64,000 nucleotides of DNA, from contig DAIQQA010000002.1 of assembly GCA_036787045.1 (NCBI GenBank), positions 21,277-85,276 of the forward strand, in the 5' to 3' direction. How positions within the stretch are numbered: the stretch's first letter is position 1; each line of letters begins with the position of its first letter. The DNA comes from Burkholderiales bacterium. Lineage in GTDB: Bacteria > Pseudomonadota > Gammaproteobacteria > Burkholderiales > SHXO01. The notes beneath the pieces are model-generated. The model was not told the origin of the DNA. It saw nothing but the letters and a program-made list of their open reading frames with translations, and ran no database searches. The position numbers and the translations under genes are program-made. Positions 40,740 through 55,547 of the stretch are shown one piece after another.

Positions 40740-41159
40740 ATGAGTGCACAGCCTGGCCGGCTGCTGGAGACCTTCGACAATCCCCAGCCCGGGCGCGACT
40801 ATCTCATCCATATGGAGATTCCGGAGTTCACCTGTCTCTGCCCAAAGACAGGCCAGCCGGACTTCGCCACATTGCTGCTCGACTATATTCCGGACTGGCG
40901 CTGTATCGAGCTGAAGAGCCTGAAGCTGTACGTCTGGTCGTATCGCAACGAAGGCGCCTTTCACGAAGCGGTCGCCAACCGCATTCTCGACGATCTCGCA
41001 GCGGCGACGGCACCACGCTTCATGCGGCTGACGGCCCGCTTCTTCGTGCGTGGCGGGATCTTTACTACGATCGTGGCAGAGCACCGCCAGTCGGGTTGGC
41101 AGCCCGCAGCACGGGTAGACCTGGAACAAGTCCCCTCGGCTTCAAGCATCGGCGCGTGA
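40740..41159 (+). CDS. queF: NADPH-dependent 7-cyano-7-deazaguanine (preQ0) reductase, type I
   Basis: Start at ATG 40740. Motif [15 protein letters not shown] (catalytic Cys) and the QueF motif [17 protein letters not shown]. Confidence 0.9.
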   Translation: MSAQPGRLLETFDNPQPGRDYLIHMEIPEFTCLCPKTGQPDFATLLLDYIPDWRCIELKSLKLYVWSYRNEGAFHEAVANRILDDLAAATAPRFMRLTARFFVRGGIFTTIVAEHRQSGWQPAARVDLEQVPSASSIGA

Positions 41160-41160
41160 G

Positions 41161-42033
41161 TCAGCCGTGCTCCCGCCCGAGGCGCCCGGATAGAAGGGTG
41201 GCAGCCACGATCATGCTCCCGCCGGCCCACTGGGTCCAGCGCATGGCCTCGAGTGCCAGGACGTAGGAAGACAGCGCTGCCACTACCAGCTCCGACAGCA
41301 GCAGCACGATGGCGCGGTTGGCGCTGACGCGCATCAGGCCGTGCTGGACGGCGAGGTTGGTCGCAAAGATCACCAGGCCGAGGACGAGCAGCAGCAAAAG
41401 GGGCCCCGGCCCGGCCGCGAACGGCTCGCTCAGCGGCGCACCCTCCAAGGCGGCGACAACCAGCGCAGTCGCCACTACGCCCGCGAATACAGCCACCGCT
41501 TTCACCGGGACCTCCAGATGACGCGCCTTGCGGATCAGAACATTCGAGAGCGCGAACCCGATTCCTGCGGATAAGCCGAACCACTCGGCGGCGCTGTGCG
41601 GAACGGGCAGACTCATCCCAGGCTGCCAGAGCATGGTGGCCGCGCCCGCCAGCGACAGCAGGATGACCAAAAACCCCGTGCTGCCCGGCCGCTCGCCAAG
41701 GAGCAGCGCGGCGAACAGGACAGTCCATAGCGGCGCGAGGTAGAACAGCAGTAGTACCTGCATGACCTGTCCGTGGATCATGCCCAGGACGTAGCCGAGA
41801 TTGGTCCACCCGGCAGACAGGGCGATGAGAATCAGGAGCCGGTCCGGACGGTGCAGGGCGCTGAGGTTGCGGCGGAACAGGATGCACGCGGCGAGCAGCG
41901 CAACGGCGTAGGTGGCCAGCGTCGACAGGGTGCCGCGCACGCCCGCCTCCTCGAGCAGCCGATAGGGGTACCAGATCAGCCCCCAGACCAGTGCCCCGGT
42001 CAGCAGACCGGCAACCGCGCTCGCCTTGCCCAA
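41161..42033 (-). CDS. DMT-superfamily (EamA-type) transporter
   Basis: 290 aa, about 10 hydrophobic segments, duplicated EamA-like halves. Confidence 0.75.
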   Translation of the reverse strand: MGKASAVAGLLTGALVWGLIWYPYRLLEEAGVRGTLSTLATYAVALLAACILFRRNLSALHRPDRLLILIALSAGWTNLGYVLGMIHGQVMQVLLLFYLAPLWTVLFAALLLGERPGSTGFLVILLSLAGAATMLWQPGMSLPVPHSAAEWFGLSAGIGFALSNVLIRKARHLEVPVKAVAVFAGVVATALVVAALEGAPLSEPFAAGPGPLLLLLVLGLVIFATNLAVQHGLMRVSANRAIVLLLSELVVAALSSYVLALEAMRWTQWAGGSMIVAATLLSGRLGREHG

Positions 42034-42091
42034 TGCCCGCCCCTTATAATTAGCCGCTTGCCGGCAGCAACCGGCCGTCCGGTCGATCCCG

Positions 42092-43285
42092 ATGAACCCG
42101 AACCTCAGCCGCCTGCAGCCCTACCCATTCCAGAAACTCTCCGCGCTGTTCAAGGGGCTGCAGGCAAGCCCGGCTCATGCGCCGATCAATCTTTCCATCG
42201 GCGAGCCCAAGCACGCCACACCGGCATTCATCAAGCAGGTGCTGGTCGAGAACCTGGACGGACTGGCGTCCTACCCCGCGACGGCCGGTAGCGAGGGACT
42301 GCGCCGCGCAATCGCGGGCTGGCTTCAGCGGCGCTACCAGCTCGATGCGCTGGACGCGACAAAGGAGGTGCTACCGGTAAACGGCAGCCGCGAGGCTCTA
42401 TTCGCCTTCGCCCAGGCCGTCGTCGACGGCAGTCGTGCCGGCGCGCGCGTAGTCATGCCCAACCCCTTCTACCAAATCTACGAAGGGGCAGCCCTGCTGG
42501 CTGGCGCCGAGCCGGAGTTTATCAACATCATCGCCGAAAACAACTTCCGCCTCGATCTGTCACAGCTGCCGGAATCGGTCTGGGCCAGGACCCAGCTGCT
42601 GTACCTGTGCAGCCCGGGCAATCCAACCGGCAGCGTGATGACCTTGGAGGACTGGGAGCAAGTCTTCGCGCTCTCCGACCGGCATGGCATCGTCATCGCC
42701 AGCGACGAGTGCTACTCGGAGATCTATTTCGACGAGTCCGCACCGCCGCTCGGTGCCCTCGACGCGGCACACCGCCTGGGGCGCGCGGGCTTCCCGCGTC
42801 TGGTCGTGTTCGGCAGCCTGTCCAAGCGCTCCAACGTGCCGGGCATGCGCTCGGGCTACGTGGCCGGCGACGCCGCCATCCTGGAGAAGTTCCTGCTGTA
42901 CCGCACCTACCACGGCAGCGCCATGAGCCTCGCGATCCAGGCGGCCAGCCGCGCGGCCTGGGAAGACGAAGCGCACGTGCGCGACAACCGTCGCCTGTAT
43001 CGGGAGAAGTTCGAGGCGTGCACCCGCATCCTGCGCGAAGTCGCGGACGTGAAGATGCCGGAGGCTGCTTTCTATCTCTGGCTGCGCACGCCGATCCCGG
43101 CCGCCGAGTTCGCCTGCCGCCTGTACGAAACCTATAATGTGAAGGTCCTGCCCGGGGAATTCCTGGCCCGCGAAGCACACGGCGTGAACCCCGGTGAGCG
43201 GTTCGTGCGCGTCGCGCTGGTGTCCACGCCGGCGGAATGCATTGAGGCTGCTGAGCGCATCCGGGCCTTCCTCTCCAAGCACTAA
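42092..43285 (+). CDS. dapC: succinyldiaminopimelate transaminase
   Basis: 397 aa class I aminotransferase. [17 protein letters not shown]-terminus as in betaproteobacterial Dap[15 protein letters not shown] (PLP Lys). Directly upstream of dapD. Confidence 0.8.
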   Translation: MNPNLSRLQPYPFQKLSALFKGLQASPAHAPINLSIGEPKHATPAFIKQVLVENLDGLASYPATAGSEGLRRAIAGWLQRRYQLDALDATKEVLPVNGSREALFAFAQAVVDGSRAGARVVMPNPFYQIYEGAALLAGAEPEFINIIAENNFRLDLSQLPESVWARTQLLYLCSPGNPTGSVMTLEDWEQVFALSDRHGIVIASDECYSEIYFDESAPPLGALDAAHRLGRAGFPRLVVFGSLSKRSNVPGMRSGYVAGDAAILEKFLLYRTYHGSAMSLAIQAASRAAWEDEAHVRDNRRLYREKFEACTRILREVADVKMPEAAFYLWLRTPIPAAEFACRLYETYNVKVLPGEFLAREAHGVNPGERFVRVALVSTPAECIEAAERIRAFLSKH

Positions 43286-43304
43286 GCAACAGGAACAGAC
43301 GACC

Positions 43305-44126
43305 ATGACGGGACTGCAATCGGTCATCGAAACCGCTTTTGAGGATCGCGCCGCCATCACTCCGGCCAATACCGACCCGCGACTGCGCGATGCGGTGAAC
43401 GAAGTCCTGGCCGGCCTGGACGCCGGCAAGCTCCGGGTGGCGGAGAAGACCGGCGCGGAATGGATTACTCATCAGTGGATCAAGAAAGCCGTGCTGCTGT
43501 CTTTCCGGATCGAGGACAACACCGTGGTGCGCGACGGCTACACCAACTACTACGACAAGGTGCCGGCCAAGTTCGCCGCCTATGGCGCCCAGGATTTCAA
43601 GGCCGGCGGCTTTCGGGTGGTGCCCCCGGCAGCGGTGCGCCGGGGCGCCTTCATCGCCCGCAATGTCGTGCTGATGCCTTCGTATGTCAACATCGGCGCG
43701 TACGTGGATGAAGCAACGATGGTGGACACCTGGGCCACCGTCGGCTCCTGCGCCCAGATCGGCCGAAACGTGCACTTGTCAGGGGGCGTGGGCATCGGCG
43801 GCGTGCTGGAGCCGCTGCAGGCCAATCCCACCATCATCGAAGACGATTGCTTCATCGGTGCGCGCTCCGAGGTCGTCGAAGGAGTGATCGTCGGCGCCGG
43901 ATCGGTGATCTCGATGGGCGTCTATATCGGGCAGAGCACCAAGATCTACAACCGGGAGACCGGCGAGGTCACCTACGGGCGCATTCCGCCGGGGTCGGTG
44001 GTCGTGTCGGGCAATCTTCCGTCCGCCGATGGCAAGTACAGCCTCTATTGCGCAGTGATCGTCAAACAGGTCGACGCCAAGACCCGCGCCAAGACCAGCA
44101 TCAACGAGCTGCTGCGCGGCGACTAG
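43305..44126 (+). CDS. dapD: 2,3,4,5-tetrahydropyridine-2,6-dicarboxylate N-succinyltransferase
   Basis: Start at ATG 43305. Hexapeptide-repeat region ([25 protein letters not shown]...GGVLEP). Confidence 0.92.
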   Translation: MTGLQSVIETAFEDRAAITPANTDPRLRDAVNEVLAGLDAGKLRVAEKTGAEWITHQWIKKAVLLSFRIEDNTVVRDGYTNYYDKVPAKFAAYGAQDFKAGGFRVVPPAAVRRGAFIARNVVLMPSYVNIGAYVDEATMVDTWATVGSCAQIGRNVHLSGGVGIGGVLEPLQANPTIIEDDCFIGARSEVVEGVIVGAGSVISMGVYIGQSTKIYNRETGEVTYGRIPPGSVVVSGNLPSADGKYSLYCAVIVKQVDAKTRAKTSINELLRGD

Positions 44127-44323
44127 CAGCGGCGCGACTCTACTCATCTAGCTTCCCCGCATAGCCTTACGCCGGGGGGTCTCGCCGCTGCCGCTCGGCT
44201 GCGGCTGGTCGCCCCGCCTTGGGGCGCGGCCAGGCTATCGCCGGCCGCATCCAGGCTGCGCCTGAAACTTGCTTTGGCCCCCCGGGTTGGTGACTGGACT
44301 GACCGCGTGCAAAGAGGATTGCC

Positions 44324-45481
44324 ATGTACCTGACTCCTGTGCTCAAGCTGATGGCCGAAAAACAGGCATCCGACCTGTTCATCTCGGCCGGCATGCCCAT
44401 CTCCATCAAAATCCTGGGCACGATCATGCCCGTCAACGCGGACGTGCTGGACCCTGAGACGGTAAGAAAGATCGCCTACGAGATGATGTCGGAGAAGGAG
44501 CAGCAGGACTTCGAGCAGACCTGGGAGATGAACTTCTCGTTTCCGGTCCCGGAGGTCGGGCGCTTCCGCGTCAACGTCTTCCGGCAGCGCGGACACGTCG
44601 CGCTGGTCATCCGCTACCTGCGCACCCAGACGCCAGGCATCGAGGCGCTGCGCCTGCCGCCGATCCTCAAAGACCTGATCATGGAGAAGCGCGGCCTCGT
44701 TTTGGTAGTCGGGGCCACCGGTTCGGGGAAATCGACCACGCTGGCAGCCATGATCGAGCACCGCAACAACACCCGCGGTGGGCACATCCTCACAATCGAG
44801 GACCCGATCGAGTTCGTGTTCAAGCACAACCGCTCTGTGATCAACCAGCGGGAGGTCGGGCTCGACACCAAGTCCTACGGCAGCGCCCTGGTCAACGCCA
44901 TGCGCGAGGCGCCTGACATCCTGATGATCGGCGAGTCGCGGGATCGGGAAACGCTGCAGCAGGCGCTGCTCTATGCACAAACCGGCCACCTGTGTCTGTC
45001 CACGCTGCACGCCAACAACAGCTACCACGCGCTCAATCGGATCATCAACTTCTTTCCCTACGATGCGCGCCCTGCTCTGTTGAACGACCTGGCAGTCTGC
45101 CTGAAGGCGATCATCTCCCAGCGCCTAGTCAAGGCGGTGGACGGCTCCCAGGTAGCCGCAGTCGAGGTGCTGCTCAACAGCAAGCACATCCAGGAGCTGA
45201 TCGTGAAGGGTGAGATGGACCAGATCAAGGAAGCCATCGAGAAGAGCCTCTCGCCGGGCTCGGTGAGCTTCGAGCAGGCGCTGTTCAAGCTCTATGCCGA
45301 AGGCAAGATCACCAAGGACGAGGCGCTGCGCAACTCCGACTCCGCAACGAACCTGTCCTGGATCATGAACAATGCCGAGCAGGCGGCGGCGCGCGTCGGC
45401 GCGAAGGGTCCCATTCGAACCGACCTGGCCACCTCGTCTTCCTTCGACGACTTCAAGATCAATATCAACGCTGGGAACTGA
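44324..45481 (+). CDS. pilU: PilT/PilU-family type IV pilus retraction ATPase (PilU-like)
   Basis: 385 aa. SDLFISAG, Walker A GATGSGKSTT, TIEDPIEF, GESRD, STLHANN motifs. N-terminus resembles P. aeruginosa PilU. Confidence 0.85.
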   Translation: MYLTPVLKLMAEKQASDLFISAGMPISIKILGTIMPVNADVLDPETVRKIAYEMMSEKEQQDFEQTWEMNFSFPVPEVGRFRVNVFRQRGHVALVIRYLRTQTPGIEALRLPPILKDLIMEKRGLVLVVGATGSGKSTTLAAMIEHRNNTRGGHILTIEDPIEFVFKHNRSVINQREVGLDTKSYGSALVNAMREAPDILMIGESRDRETLQQALLYAQTGHLCLSTLHANNSYHALNRIINFFPYDARPALLNDLAVCLKAIISQRLVKAVDGSQVAAVEVLLNSKHIQELIVKGEMDQIKEAIEKSLSPGSVSFEQALFKLYAEGKITKDEALRNSDSATNLSWIMNNAEQAAARVGAKGPIRTDLATSSSFDDFKININAGN

Positions 45482-45486
45482 GCACA

Positions 45487-45594
45487 AAGGCGTGACAGCG
45501 TGAAGACCACGCTTCCCGGTCACGCCTTCCGGTTACGCTTTTCTGTCACGCCTTGCCTGTCACGCCTTTCTGTCACGCTCCTCGGTCACGCCTT
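45487..45594. repeat. composite element G: two inverted GGCGTGAC-type words followed by six GTCACGCC-type direct repeats with 13-14 nt phasing
   Basis: GGCGTGACAGCGTGAAGACCACGC, then GTCACGCC at 45519, GTTACGC 45532, GTCACGCC 45545, 45559, GTCACGC 45572, GTCACGCC 45585. Ends in TTATAAT (45593-45599), 9 nt before the dapE ATG. Confidence 0.8.
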
Positions 45595-45598
45595 ATAA

Positions 45599-47645
<2,047 letters not shown>

Positions 47646-48602
47646 CGGCTGGCGGGCGGGGTGGCTCCGCTTCGGGAGCTGGTCTCACGAGAGTAGCAGA
47701 CCACGCCAGGATCGCATTGGTGTGCTCGTCGTCCAACTCGCGCCAGGCGCCCCGCCGCAACGCAAAAGGCAACGACACCGTGCCGAAGCGCACACGCATC
47801 AACCGGCTGACCTTGTATCCCACGGCTTCGAACATACGTCGCACGATGCGGTTGCGCCCCTCCCGCAGCACGACGCGGTACCAGTTGTTCAACCCCCGTC
47901 CGCCCCGCTCCTCCAGCTCTTCGAAGCGCGCTACGCCATCTACCAGGTGCACGCCTTTCTTGAGGCTGCGCACCTCATCGTCCCCCAGCTTGCCGATGAT
48001 GCGCACGGCATACTCGCGCTCCACCTCGTAGCGCGGGTGCGTGAGGCGGTTGGCGAGCTCTCCGGATGTGGTGAACATCAGCAGCCCGCAGGTGTTGTAG
48101 TCGAGCCGGCCGACCGCGAGCCATTTGCCACGGCGCATCGGCGGGAGCTTGTCGAACACGCTGGGACGCCCCTGCGGATCGTCGTGACTGACGATTTCCC
48201 CTTCCGGCTTGTGATAGAGGATGATGCGCGGAAGTTTCGCGCTGTCGCGCACGGTGACCTGACGCTTGCCGACCCGGATCACGTCGCCCGGCTGCACGCG
48301 CATGCCCACCTGGGCCAGCGAACCGTTGACTTTCACCCGGCCGGCGCGGATCAGCTCCTCCATCTCACGCCGCGATCCCAGCCCGGCCTGGGCCAGCACC
48401 TTATGGATCTTCTGCGGGCCGCTGCCGGCGTCCAGCGTTTCGGAATGCGCGACAGGCTGCGTCTGCTGCCGGCGATTGTGGCCGGCGTCGCGCGACTTCG
48501 CAGCCGGGCGGGGAGAGGTGCGACTATCGCGCTGCGGGCGGCGGTCCCTGTATGCCTTGGGTTTGGACATGCGATTGGCGGATGCGGGCGCGGTCGTTGC
48601 GG

Positions 48603-49199
48603 TCAGACCTCTCGCCGCTCTAGCACAGCCTGGGCCAGGGTACCGCTGTCGACATACTCCAGCTCGCCCCCGACTGGCACTCCTCGCGCGATGCGGGTCA
48701 CCTTCAGCCCCTTCGCCCGCAGCAGCTCGCCGATGTAGTGCGCCGTCGCTTCACCCTCTACTGTGAAGTTGGTCGCCAGGATCACCTCCCGCACCGTGCC
48801 ATCGCTGGCGCGCCGGACCAGACGGTCAAGGTGGATGTCGCGCGGGCCGATGCCGTCGAGCGGTGACAGCCGGCCCATGAGCACGAAATAGCGCCCACGG
48901 TAGGATTGCGATTGCTCCATCATCAGCAGATCGGCGGGCGTCTCGACGACGCACAGCAGCGACTCGTCGCGACGCGGCGAGCGGCAGAGCTCGCACAGCG
49001 ACTCCTCGGTGAAGGTGTTGCAGCCCTCGCAGTGCCGCACGAGGGAAAGCGCCCGTGACAGCGCCTGCGCCAGGCGCGCAGCGCCGGGATGGTCGCGTTG
49101 CAGAAGGTGGTAGGCCATGCGTTGGGCCGACTTCGGCCCGACCCCGGGGAGGCAGCGCAGCGCCTGGATGAGATCATCCAGGCTGGACGGCGTGTTCAT
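48603..49199 (-). CDS. recR: recombination protein RecR
   Basis: 198 aa. Hh[15 protein letters not shown]4 zinc finger CEGC...CELC, Toprim domain. Confidence 0.95.
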   Translation of the reverse strand: MNTPSSLDDLIQALRCLPGVGPKSAQRMAYHLLQRDHPGAARLAQALSRALSLVRHCEGCNTFTEESLCELCRSPRRDESLLCVVETPADLLMMEQSQSYRGRYFVLMGRLSPLDGIGPRDIHLDRLVRRASDGTVREVILATNFTVEGEATAHYIGELLRAKGLKVTRIARGVPVGGELEYVDSGTLAQAVLERREV

Positions 49200-49286
49200 G
49201 CGCTTATGGTAAACGTGAACTGCGACACGTGATACATGTGCGTGGCACGCGAGGCGCCTGCCACATGCTCCAACCGCCGCGACGGG

Positions 49287-49613
49287 CTAGAACGGCATCT
49301 TGAAGCCCGGCGGCAGGCCCATCCCGGCGGTCAAGCTGCCGAGCTTTTCCTGGGTGGTGCTCTCCGCCCGGCGCACCGCGTCGTTGAAGGCCGCCGCGAC
49401 CAGGTCCTCCAGCATGTCCTTGTCGTCGCCCAGCAGGCTGGGGTCGATGCTGACGCGCTTGACATCGTGCTTGCAGGTCATCACCACCTTGACCAGGCCG
49501 GCGCCGGACTGGCCCTCGACTTCGACGGTGGCGAGCTGTTCCTGTAGCTTGCGCATGTTCTCCTGCATCTGCTGGGCCTGCTTCATCAGCCCTGCCAGCT
49601 GTCCTTTCATCAT
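49287..49613 (-). CDS. ybaB: YbaB/EbfC nucleoid-associated protein
   Basis: 108 aa. [27 protein letters not shown]... family signature. ATGA overlap with the dnaX stop. Confidence 0.92.
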   Translation of the reverse strand: MMKGQLAGLMKQAQQMQENMRKLQEQLATVEVEGQSGAGLVKVVMTCKHDVKRVSIDPSLLGDDKDMLEDLVAAAFNDAVRRAESTTQEKLGSLTAGMGLPPGFKMPF

Positions 49614-51319
49614 GCTTTAGCTCCTCTCGCCTCTTGCCTATCGCCTGGTCCGATGGGGCGTATCGATTCGTCAATGACACGCGCGTCGAAGTTTTCCACC
49701 AGCTCGCGCACAAATGGATCCTGGTCGATCGCTTGAACCGCGGCCTCCTGGCGCACCTGCAGCGCGCGGTCTTCCAGCTCCGCCGGCGTCTGGCCGGTCG
49801 GCTGCCCGAGCGCAAACTCGATCCGCAGACGCCGCCCGAAATGCTCCTCCAGTGCCGCCTGCAGTTTGTCCCGGTAGGGCTTCTCGAGAAGATGCTTGTG
49901 CGCCTCTGGCACGCGCAGCCGCATGCCCTGGCCGTCCCACATGCTCAGTTCGCTGTGCTGGGCGAGCATGCGTGCCATGCCGCCGACCTTCAGCTCGACC
50001 AGCAGCTGTCCCCAGTCGAGTCGCTCATGCGCAGCGACCTTCCCGGGTTCGCCTGTGGCGGCTGGTGCCGGTACCGCCTGGATGTCAGCCGCAGTGCTGG
50101 GAGGCGGTGCGTCGCTCTGCGGCCGCACCGACTGGCTGGTCCCGTGCGGTTGCGCCGACGGGTTTCTGTTTCCGGGCTGAGCTTGACCAGCCCCCCGATC
50201 GCTCCCTCCGGCCTCCCGGGGTGCGAAGGCAAGCATCCGCAGAAGGGTCATGGTGAAGCCTGCGTACTCATCTGGAGCAAGCCACAGATCGGCACGTCCT
50301 TGCAGGGCGATCTGGTAGTCCAGCTGCAGATCCTCGGCGGTGAAGCTGGCTGTCAACGCTTGCAGCCGGTCCCGGTCGGGCTCGTCGGGCGGCATCGTGT
50401 CGGGCACAGTCTGCAGCAGCGCGAGCCGGTGCAGCATGCCCGCCAGCTCCTGCAGCGCAGCTTCAAGAGACAGGCTGCGGCTCTGCATCTGCTCTGCGAT
50501 GCGCATCATCTGCGGCCCGTCCTGGCCGGCCAGCGCCTCCAGCAACGCGTACAGGTAGGTCTGGTCGACGGCACCGAGCATCTCCCGCACCGATGCCTCG
50601 GTCACGCTGCCGGCGCCGTGAGCGATGGCCTGATCGAGCAGGCTCAGCCCGTCGCGCATGCTGCCGTGTGCCGCACGGGCAATCAGATTGAGCGCTGCCG
50701 GCTCGAAGGCGACGCTCTCCTGCTCGAGCACGCGGCTGAGTTGGTCGCGGATCTGCGCCACCGGAATCTGTTTCAGGTTGAACTGCAGGCAGCGCGACAG
50801 CACGGTCACCGGAACCTTCTGCGGGTCGGTGGTGGCAAGGATGAACTTGACGTGCTCGGGCGGCTCTTCCAGCGTCTTCAGCATCGCGTTGAATGCCGAG
50901 CGCGACAGCATGTGCACTTCGTCGATGATGTACACCTTGAAGCGCGCCCGGGTCGGCGCGTAGAGCGCGCTCTCCAGCAGCTCGCGCATCTGGTCGACCT
51001 GCGTGTTCGAGGCGGCATCCAGCTCGATCAGGTCGACGAAGCGTCCACCGTCGATTTCGATGCAGGCGGAGCACTTTCCGCAGGGCGAGGCCGTCACTCC
51101 GGTCTCGCAGTTGAGCGCCTTGGCCATGACCCGTGCGAGTGTCGTCTTGCCCACGCCGCGGGTGCCGGTCATGAGGTAGGCGTGATGTAGGCGGTTGCGC
51201 TCCAGCGCGTTGGTCAGGGCACGCACCACGTGCTCCTGGCCGACCATCTGATCGAAGCTGCGGGGGCGCCACTTGCGCGCCAGCGCCTGGCCGGACCCGG
51301 CGGGGACGGCGGGACTCAT
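49610..51319 (-). CDS. dnaX: DNA polymerase III subunit gamma/tau
   Basis: Start reset to ATG 51319 ([31 protein letters not shown]). Walker [10 protein letters not shown], zinc module CGKCSAC, DEVHML. The upstream part of the track ORF covers the SRP RNA gene. Confidence 0.93.
   Translation of the reverse strand: MSPAVPAGSGQALARKWRPRSFDQMVGQEHVVRALTNALERNRLHHAYLMTGTRGVGKTTLARVMAKALNCETGVTASPCGKCSACIEIDGGRFVDLIELDAASNTQVDQMRELLESALYAPTRARFKVYIIDEVHMLSRSAFNAMLKTLEEPPEHVKFILATTDPQKVPVTVLSRCLQFNLKQIPVAQIRDQLSRVLEQESVAFEPAALNLIARAAHGSMRDGLSLLDQAIAHGAGSVTEASVREMLGAVDQTYLYALLEALAGQDGPQMMRIAEQMQSRSLSLEAALQELAGMLHRLALLQTVPDTMPPDEPDRDRLQALTASFTAEDLQLDYQIALQGRADLWLAPDEYAGFTMTLLRMLAFAPREAGGSDRGAGQAQPGNRNPSAQPHGTSQSVRPQSDAPPPSTAADIQAVPAPAATGEPGKVAAHERLDWGQLLVELKVGGMARMLAQHSELSMWDGQGMRLRVPEAHKHLLEKPYRDKLQAALEEHFGRRLRIEFALGQPTGQTPAELEDRALQVRQEAAVQAIDQDPFVRELVENFDARVIDESIRPIGPGDRQEARGAKA
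49621..49648. repeat. solitary repeat arm H (GGCGAGAGG type) inside the last codons of dnaX
   Basis: Plus strand CTCCTCTCGCCTCTTGCCTATCGCCTGG; reverse complement CCAGGCGATAGGCAAGAGGCGAGAGGAG. Same word family as element E. Encodes the dnaX C-terminal ...[11 protein letters not shown]. Confidence 0.5.
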
Positions 51320-51379
51320 GCGCGGAAGGGCGGGAGGGCGGCGGAGCGGACCCGTGCCGTCCGCTCCGCCGCACCGATA

Positions 51380-51479
51380 GGGTGGCGAGCCTGACCCCCG
51401 GCACTTGCAGGTAATAGCTGTGGCTGCTTCCTTCCGGACCTGACCAGATTCACTAGCCTGCAATGCGGGGAGGCCCGCC
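51380..51479 (-). ncRNA. ffs: signal recognition particle RNA (4.5S/small bacterial SRP RNA)
   Basis: Minus strand: GGCGGGCCUCCCCGCAUUGCAGGCUAGUGAAUCUGGUCAGGUCCGGAAGGAAGCAGCCACAGCUAUUACCUGCAAGUGCCGGGGGUCAGGCUCGCCACCC. Contains the universally conserved domain IV core GGUCAGGUCCGGAAGGAAGCAGCC, and the 5' and 3' ends pair. The usual ffs-dnaX neighbourhood. Ends are approximate (+/- 5 nt). Confidence 0.85.
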
Positions 51480-51485
51480 ATAGAA

Positions 51486-51609
51486 ACCGATAGGCGATAG
51501 GCGAGAGGCGGGAGGCGAGAGGAACAAGCCTACGGCGTTTCCGATCGAGCGATCGCCACGCGCCTGTCTCCCCCACCTCTAGCCTCTTGCCTCTAGCCTC
51601 TCGCCATCG
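51486..51609. repeat. composite hairpin element E (CGAGAGG-type arms)
   Basis: Left arm ACCGATAGGCGATAGGCGAGAGGCGGGAGGCGAGAGG. Right arm ACCTCTAGCCTCTTGCCTCTAGCCTCTCGCCATCG (reverse complement CGATGGCGAGAGGCTAGAGGCAAGAGGCTAGAGGT). About 52-nt core, between the fumarase stop and the ffs 5' end. Confidence 0.75.
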
Positions 51610-51620
51610 TCGTCCCGGGG

Positions 51621-53135
51621 TTACGCCGGGACGACGGGGATCTTCCCGATTTTGGCCCGCCATTGCGCGGGCCCCGTATTGTGGACGGAGTTGCCGGCGC
51701 TGTCGACTGCGACGGTGACCGGCATGTCCTTCACCTCGAACTCGTAGATGGCTTCCATGCCCAGGTCCTCGAAAGCGACTACGCGCGCGGCCTTGATCGC
51801 CTTGGACACCAGGTAAGCCGCGCCGCCCACTGCCATGAGGTAGACGGCCGCATAGTCCCGTATGGCCTCGATCGCCGCAGGCCCCCGCTCGCCTTTCCCG
51901 ATCATGCCGACCAGTCCGGTCTTCTCCAGCATGGTGCGGGCAAACTTGTCCATCCGCGTGGCGGTCGTGGGACCGGCAGGGCCCACCACCTCGTCGCGTA
52001 CCGGGTCGACCGGCCCCACGTAGTAGATGAACCGGTTGGTGAAATCCACCGGCAGCTTCTCGCCCCGGGCTAGCATGTCGACGATGCGCTTATGGGCTGC
52101 ATCGCGGCCGGTCAGGATTCTGCCGTTGAGCAGCAGCACATCGCCCGGTTTCCAGGCGCCGACCTCCTCACGCGTGACTTTGTCGAGGAACACCCGCCTG
52201 CCTTTCGAAAAGTCATAGGTCAGACTGGGCCAGTCGTCCAGCGACGGCGGCTCGAGGCGGGCCGGGCCGCTCCCGTCGAGGGTAAAGTGAACGTGGCGAG
52301 TAGCGGCGCAGTTCGGAATCATCGCGACGGGCAGGCTAGCGGCATGGGTCGGATAGTCCTTGATCTTGACATCCAGCACGGTGGTCAGCCCCCCCAGCCC
52401 CTGGGCCCCGATCCCCAGCGCGTTGACCTTTTCGTACAGCTCGGTGCGCAGCTCTTCGATGCGGCTGCGTGGCCCTCGCGTTAGCAGCTCCTGCATATCG
52501 ATAGGCTCCATCAGCGCCTCTTTGGCCATCAGCATGGCCTTCTCCGCAGTGCCGCCGATGCCGATGCCCAGGATCCCTGGCGGGCACCACCCGGCGCCCA
52601 TCGCGGGAACCGTCTCGAGCACCCAGTCGACTATCGAGTCGGAGGGGTTGAGCATCACGAACTTGGACTTGTTCTCGGAACCGCCACCTTTGGCGGCCAC
52701 CTCGACCTCTAAGGTGTCGCCGGGAACCAGGCTCACGTGGATCACCGCCGGCGTGTTGTCGCGGGTGTTCTTGCGGGTTCCCGCCGGATCTGCCAGCACG
52801 GATGCCCGCAGCTTGTTGTCCGGATGCAGGTAGGCACGGCGCACGCCCTCGTTGACCATGTCCTCCACGCTCTGCGTTGCAGCCCACCGCACACCCATGC
52901 CGACCCGCAGGAAGACATTCACGATCCCGGTGTCCTGGCAGATCGGCCGGTGGCCTTCGGCGCACATGCGCGAGTTGATCAGGATCTGCGCCATCGCGTC
53001 GCGGGCCGCCGGGGCCTGCTCCTTCTGATAGGCGCGGTAAAGATTGGAGATGTAGTCCGCCGGGTGATAGTAGGAAATGAACTGCAGCGCGTCCGCCACG
53101 CTGTCGACCAGATCGTCCTGCCGGATGGTGCTCAT
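51621..53135 (-). CDS. fumA: class I (Fe-S dependent) fumarate hydratase
   Basis: 504 aa. ...[13 protein letters not shown]... and the C-terminal beta-domain motif GKGERG, consistent with fused alpha/beta class I fumarase. Confidence 0.9.
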   Translation of the reverse strand: MSTIRQDDLVDSVADALQFISYYHPADYISNLYRAYQKEQAPAARDAMAQILINSRMCAEGHRPICQDTGIVNVFLRVGMGVRWAATQSVEDMVNEGVRRAYLHPDNKLRASVLADPAGTRKNTRDNTPAVIHVSLVPGDTLEVEVAAKGGGSENKSKFVMLNPSDSIVDWVLETVPAMGAGWCPPGILGIGIGGTAEKAMLMAKEALMEPIDMQELLTRGPRSRIEELRTELYEKVNALGIGAQGLGGLTTVLDVKIKDYPTHAASLPVAMIPNCAATRHVHFTLDGSGPARLEPPSLDDWPSLTYDFSKGRRVFLDKVTREEVGAWKPGDVLLLNGRILTGRDAAHKRIVDMLARGEKLPVDFTNRFIYYVGPVDPVRDEVVGPAGPTTATRMDKFARTMLEKTGLVGMIGKGERGPAAIEAIRDYAAVYLMAVGGAAYLVSKAIKAARVVAFEDLGMEAIYEFEVKDMPVTVAVDSAGNSVHNTGPAQWRAKIGKIPVVPA

Positions 53136-53286
53136 AGTGATGGTGAGCCCGATGCGATGTTCTCTGCCCGCAATTGTACCACCCCGACCTGTGCCGCCGT
53201 CCCTGCGCAGGCCTGATGGCTGGGCTTCCCGCTATAATTCCCGGCGTCAGAAGACCGTTGAACACTCTAAAAGGGGAGGAAGCTCG

Positions 53287-55254
<1,968 letters not shown>

Positions 55255-55283
55255 GTTCGGGCACCTCAGCCGTGTCGGGAAGC

Positions 55284-55306
55284 GGGCGCTCGGAGCGCCC
55301 GTTTTT
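55284..55306 (+). terminator. rho-independent terminator of acs
   Basis: GGGCGC-TCGGA-GCGCCC followed by GTTTTTG, 30 nt after the acs stop. Confidence 0.7.
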
Positions 55307-55454
55307 GCTTTGACAGACAATGGCTTCTGGTTTAATCTTCGGCCCCTTCCATGCGGCCAATCAGCGCATGTCGCGACGGACGAAGACGCTACCGGGTGGT
55401 TGAACGCGCAGGCCTGGGCGTTACGTCACTGACCAGGCATCACGGCGCAGAAAC

Positions 55455-55547
55455 GGAGAGGTGACCGAGTGGTTGAAGGTGCACGCCTGGAAAGCGTGTG
55501 TACGGGCAAAACCTGTACCGCGGGTTCGAATCCCGCTCTCTCCGCCA
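55455..55547 (+). tRNA. tRNA-Ser (anticodon GGA)
   Basis: 93 nt: GGAGAGGTGACCGAGTGGTTGAAGGTGCACGCCTGGAAAGCGTGTGTACGGGCAAAACCTGTACCGCGGGTTCGAATCCCGCTCTCTCCGCCA. Anticodon loop CTGGAAA, long variable arm, GGTTCGAATCC T-loop, encoded CCA. Confidence 0.93.

Noticed and set aside
45519-45594. Possible CRISPR array (regularly spaced GTCACGCC repeats)
   Set aside because: The period is only 13-14 nt with 8-nt repeats and 5-6 nt gaps, far below CRISPR repeat/spacer sizes. No cas genes are present. It fits the hairpin-element family instead.
49610-51319. Programmed -1 frameshift site in dnaX (A AAA AAG type)
   Set aside because: By eye I found no A-rich heptamer (plus-strand CTTTTTT) within the gene. 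A computational scan would be needed to exclude other slippery sites.
53233-53238. TATAAT box 49 nt upstream of acs as a promoter feature
   Set aside because: It is a perfect -10 hexamer, but no convincing -35 sits at 16-18 nt spacing (GGCCTG). That is not enough support to list as a feature. acs promoters are often activator-dependent, so it remains possible.
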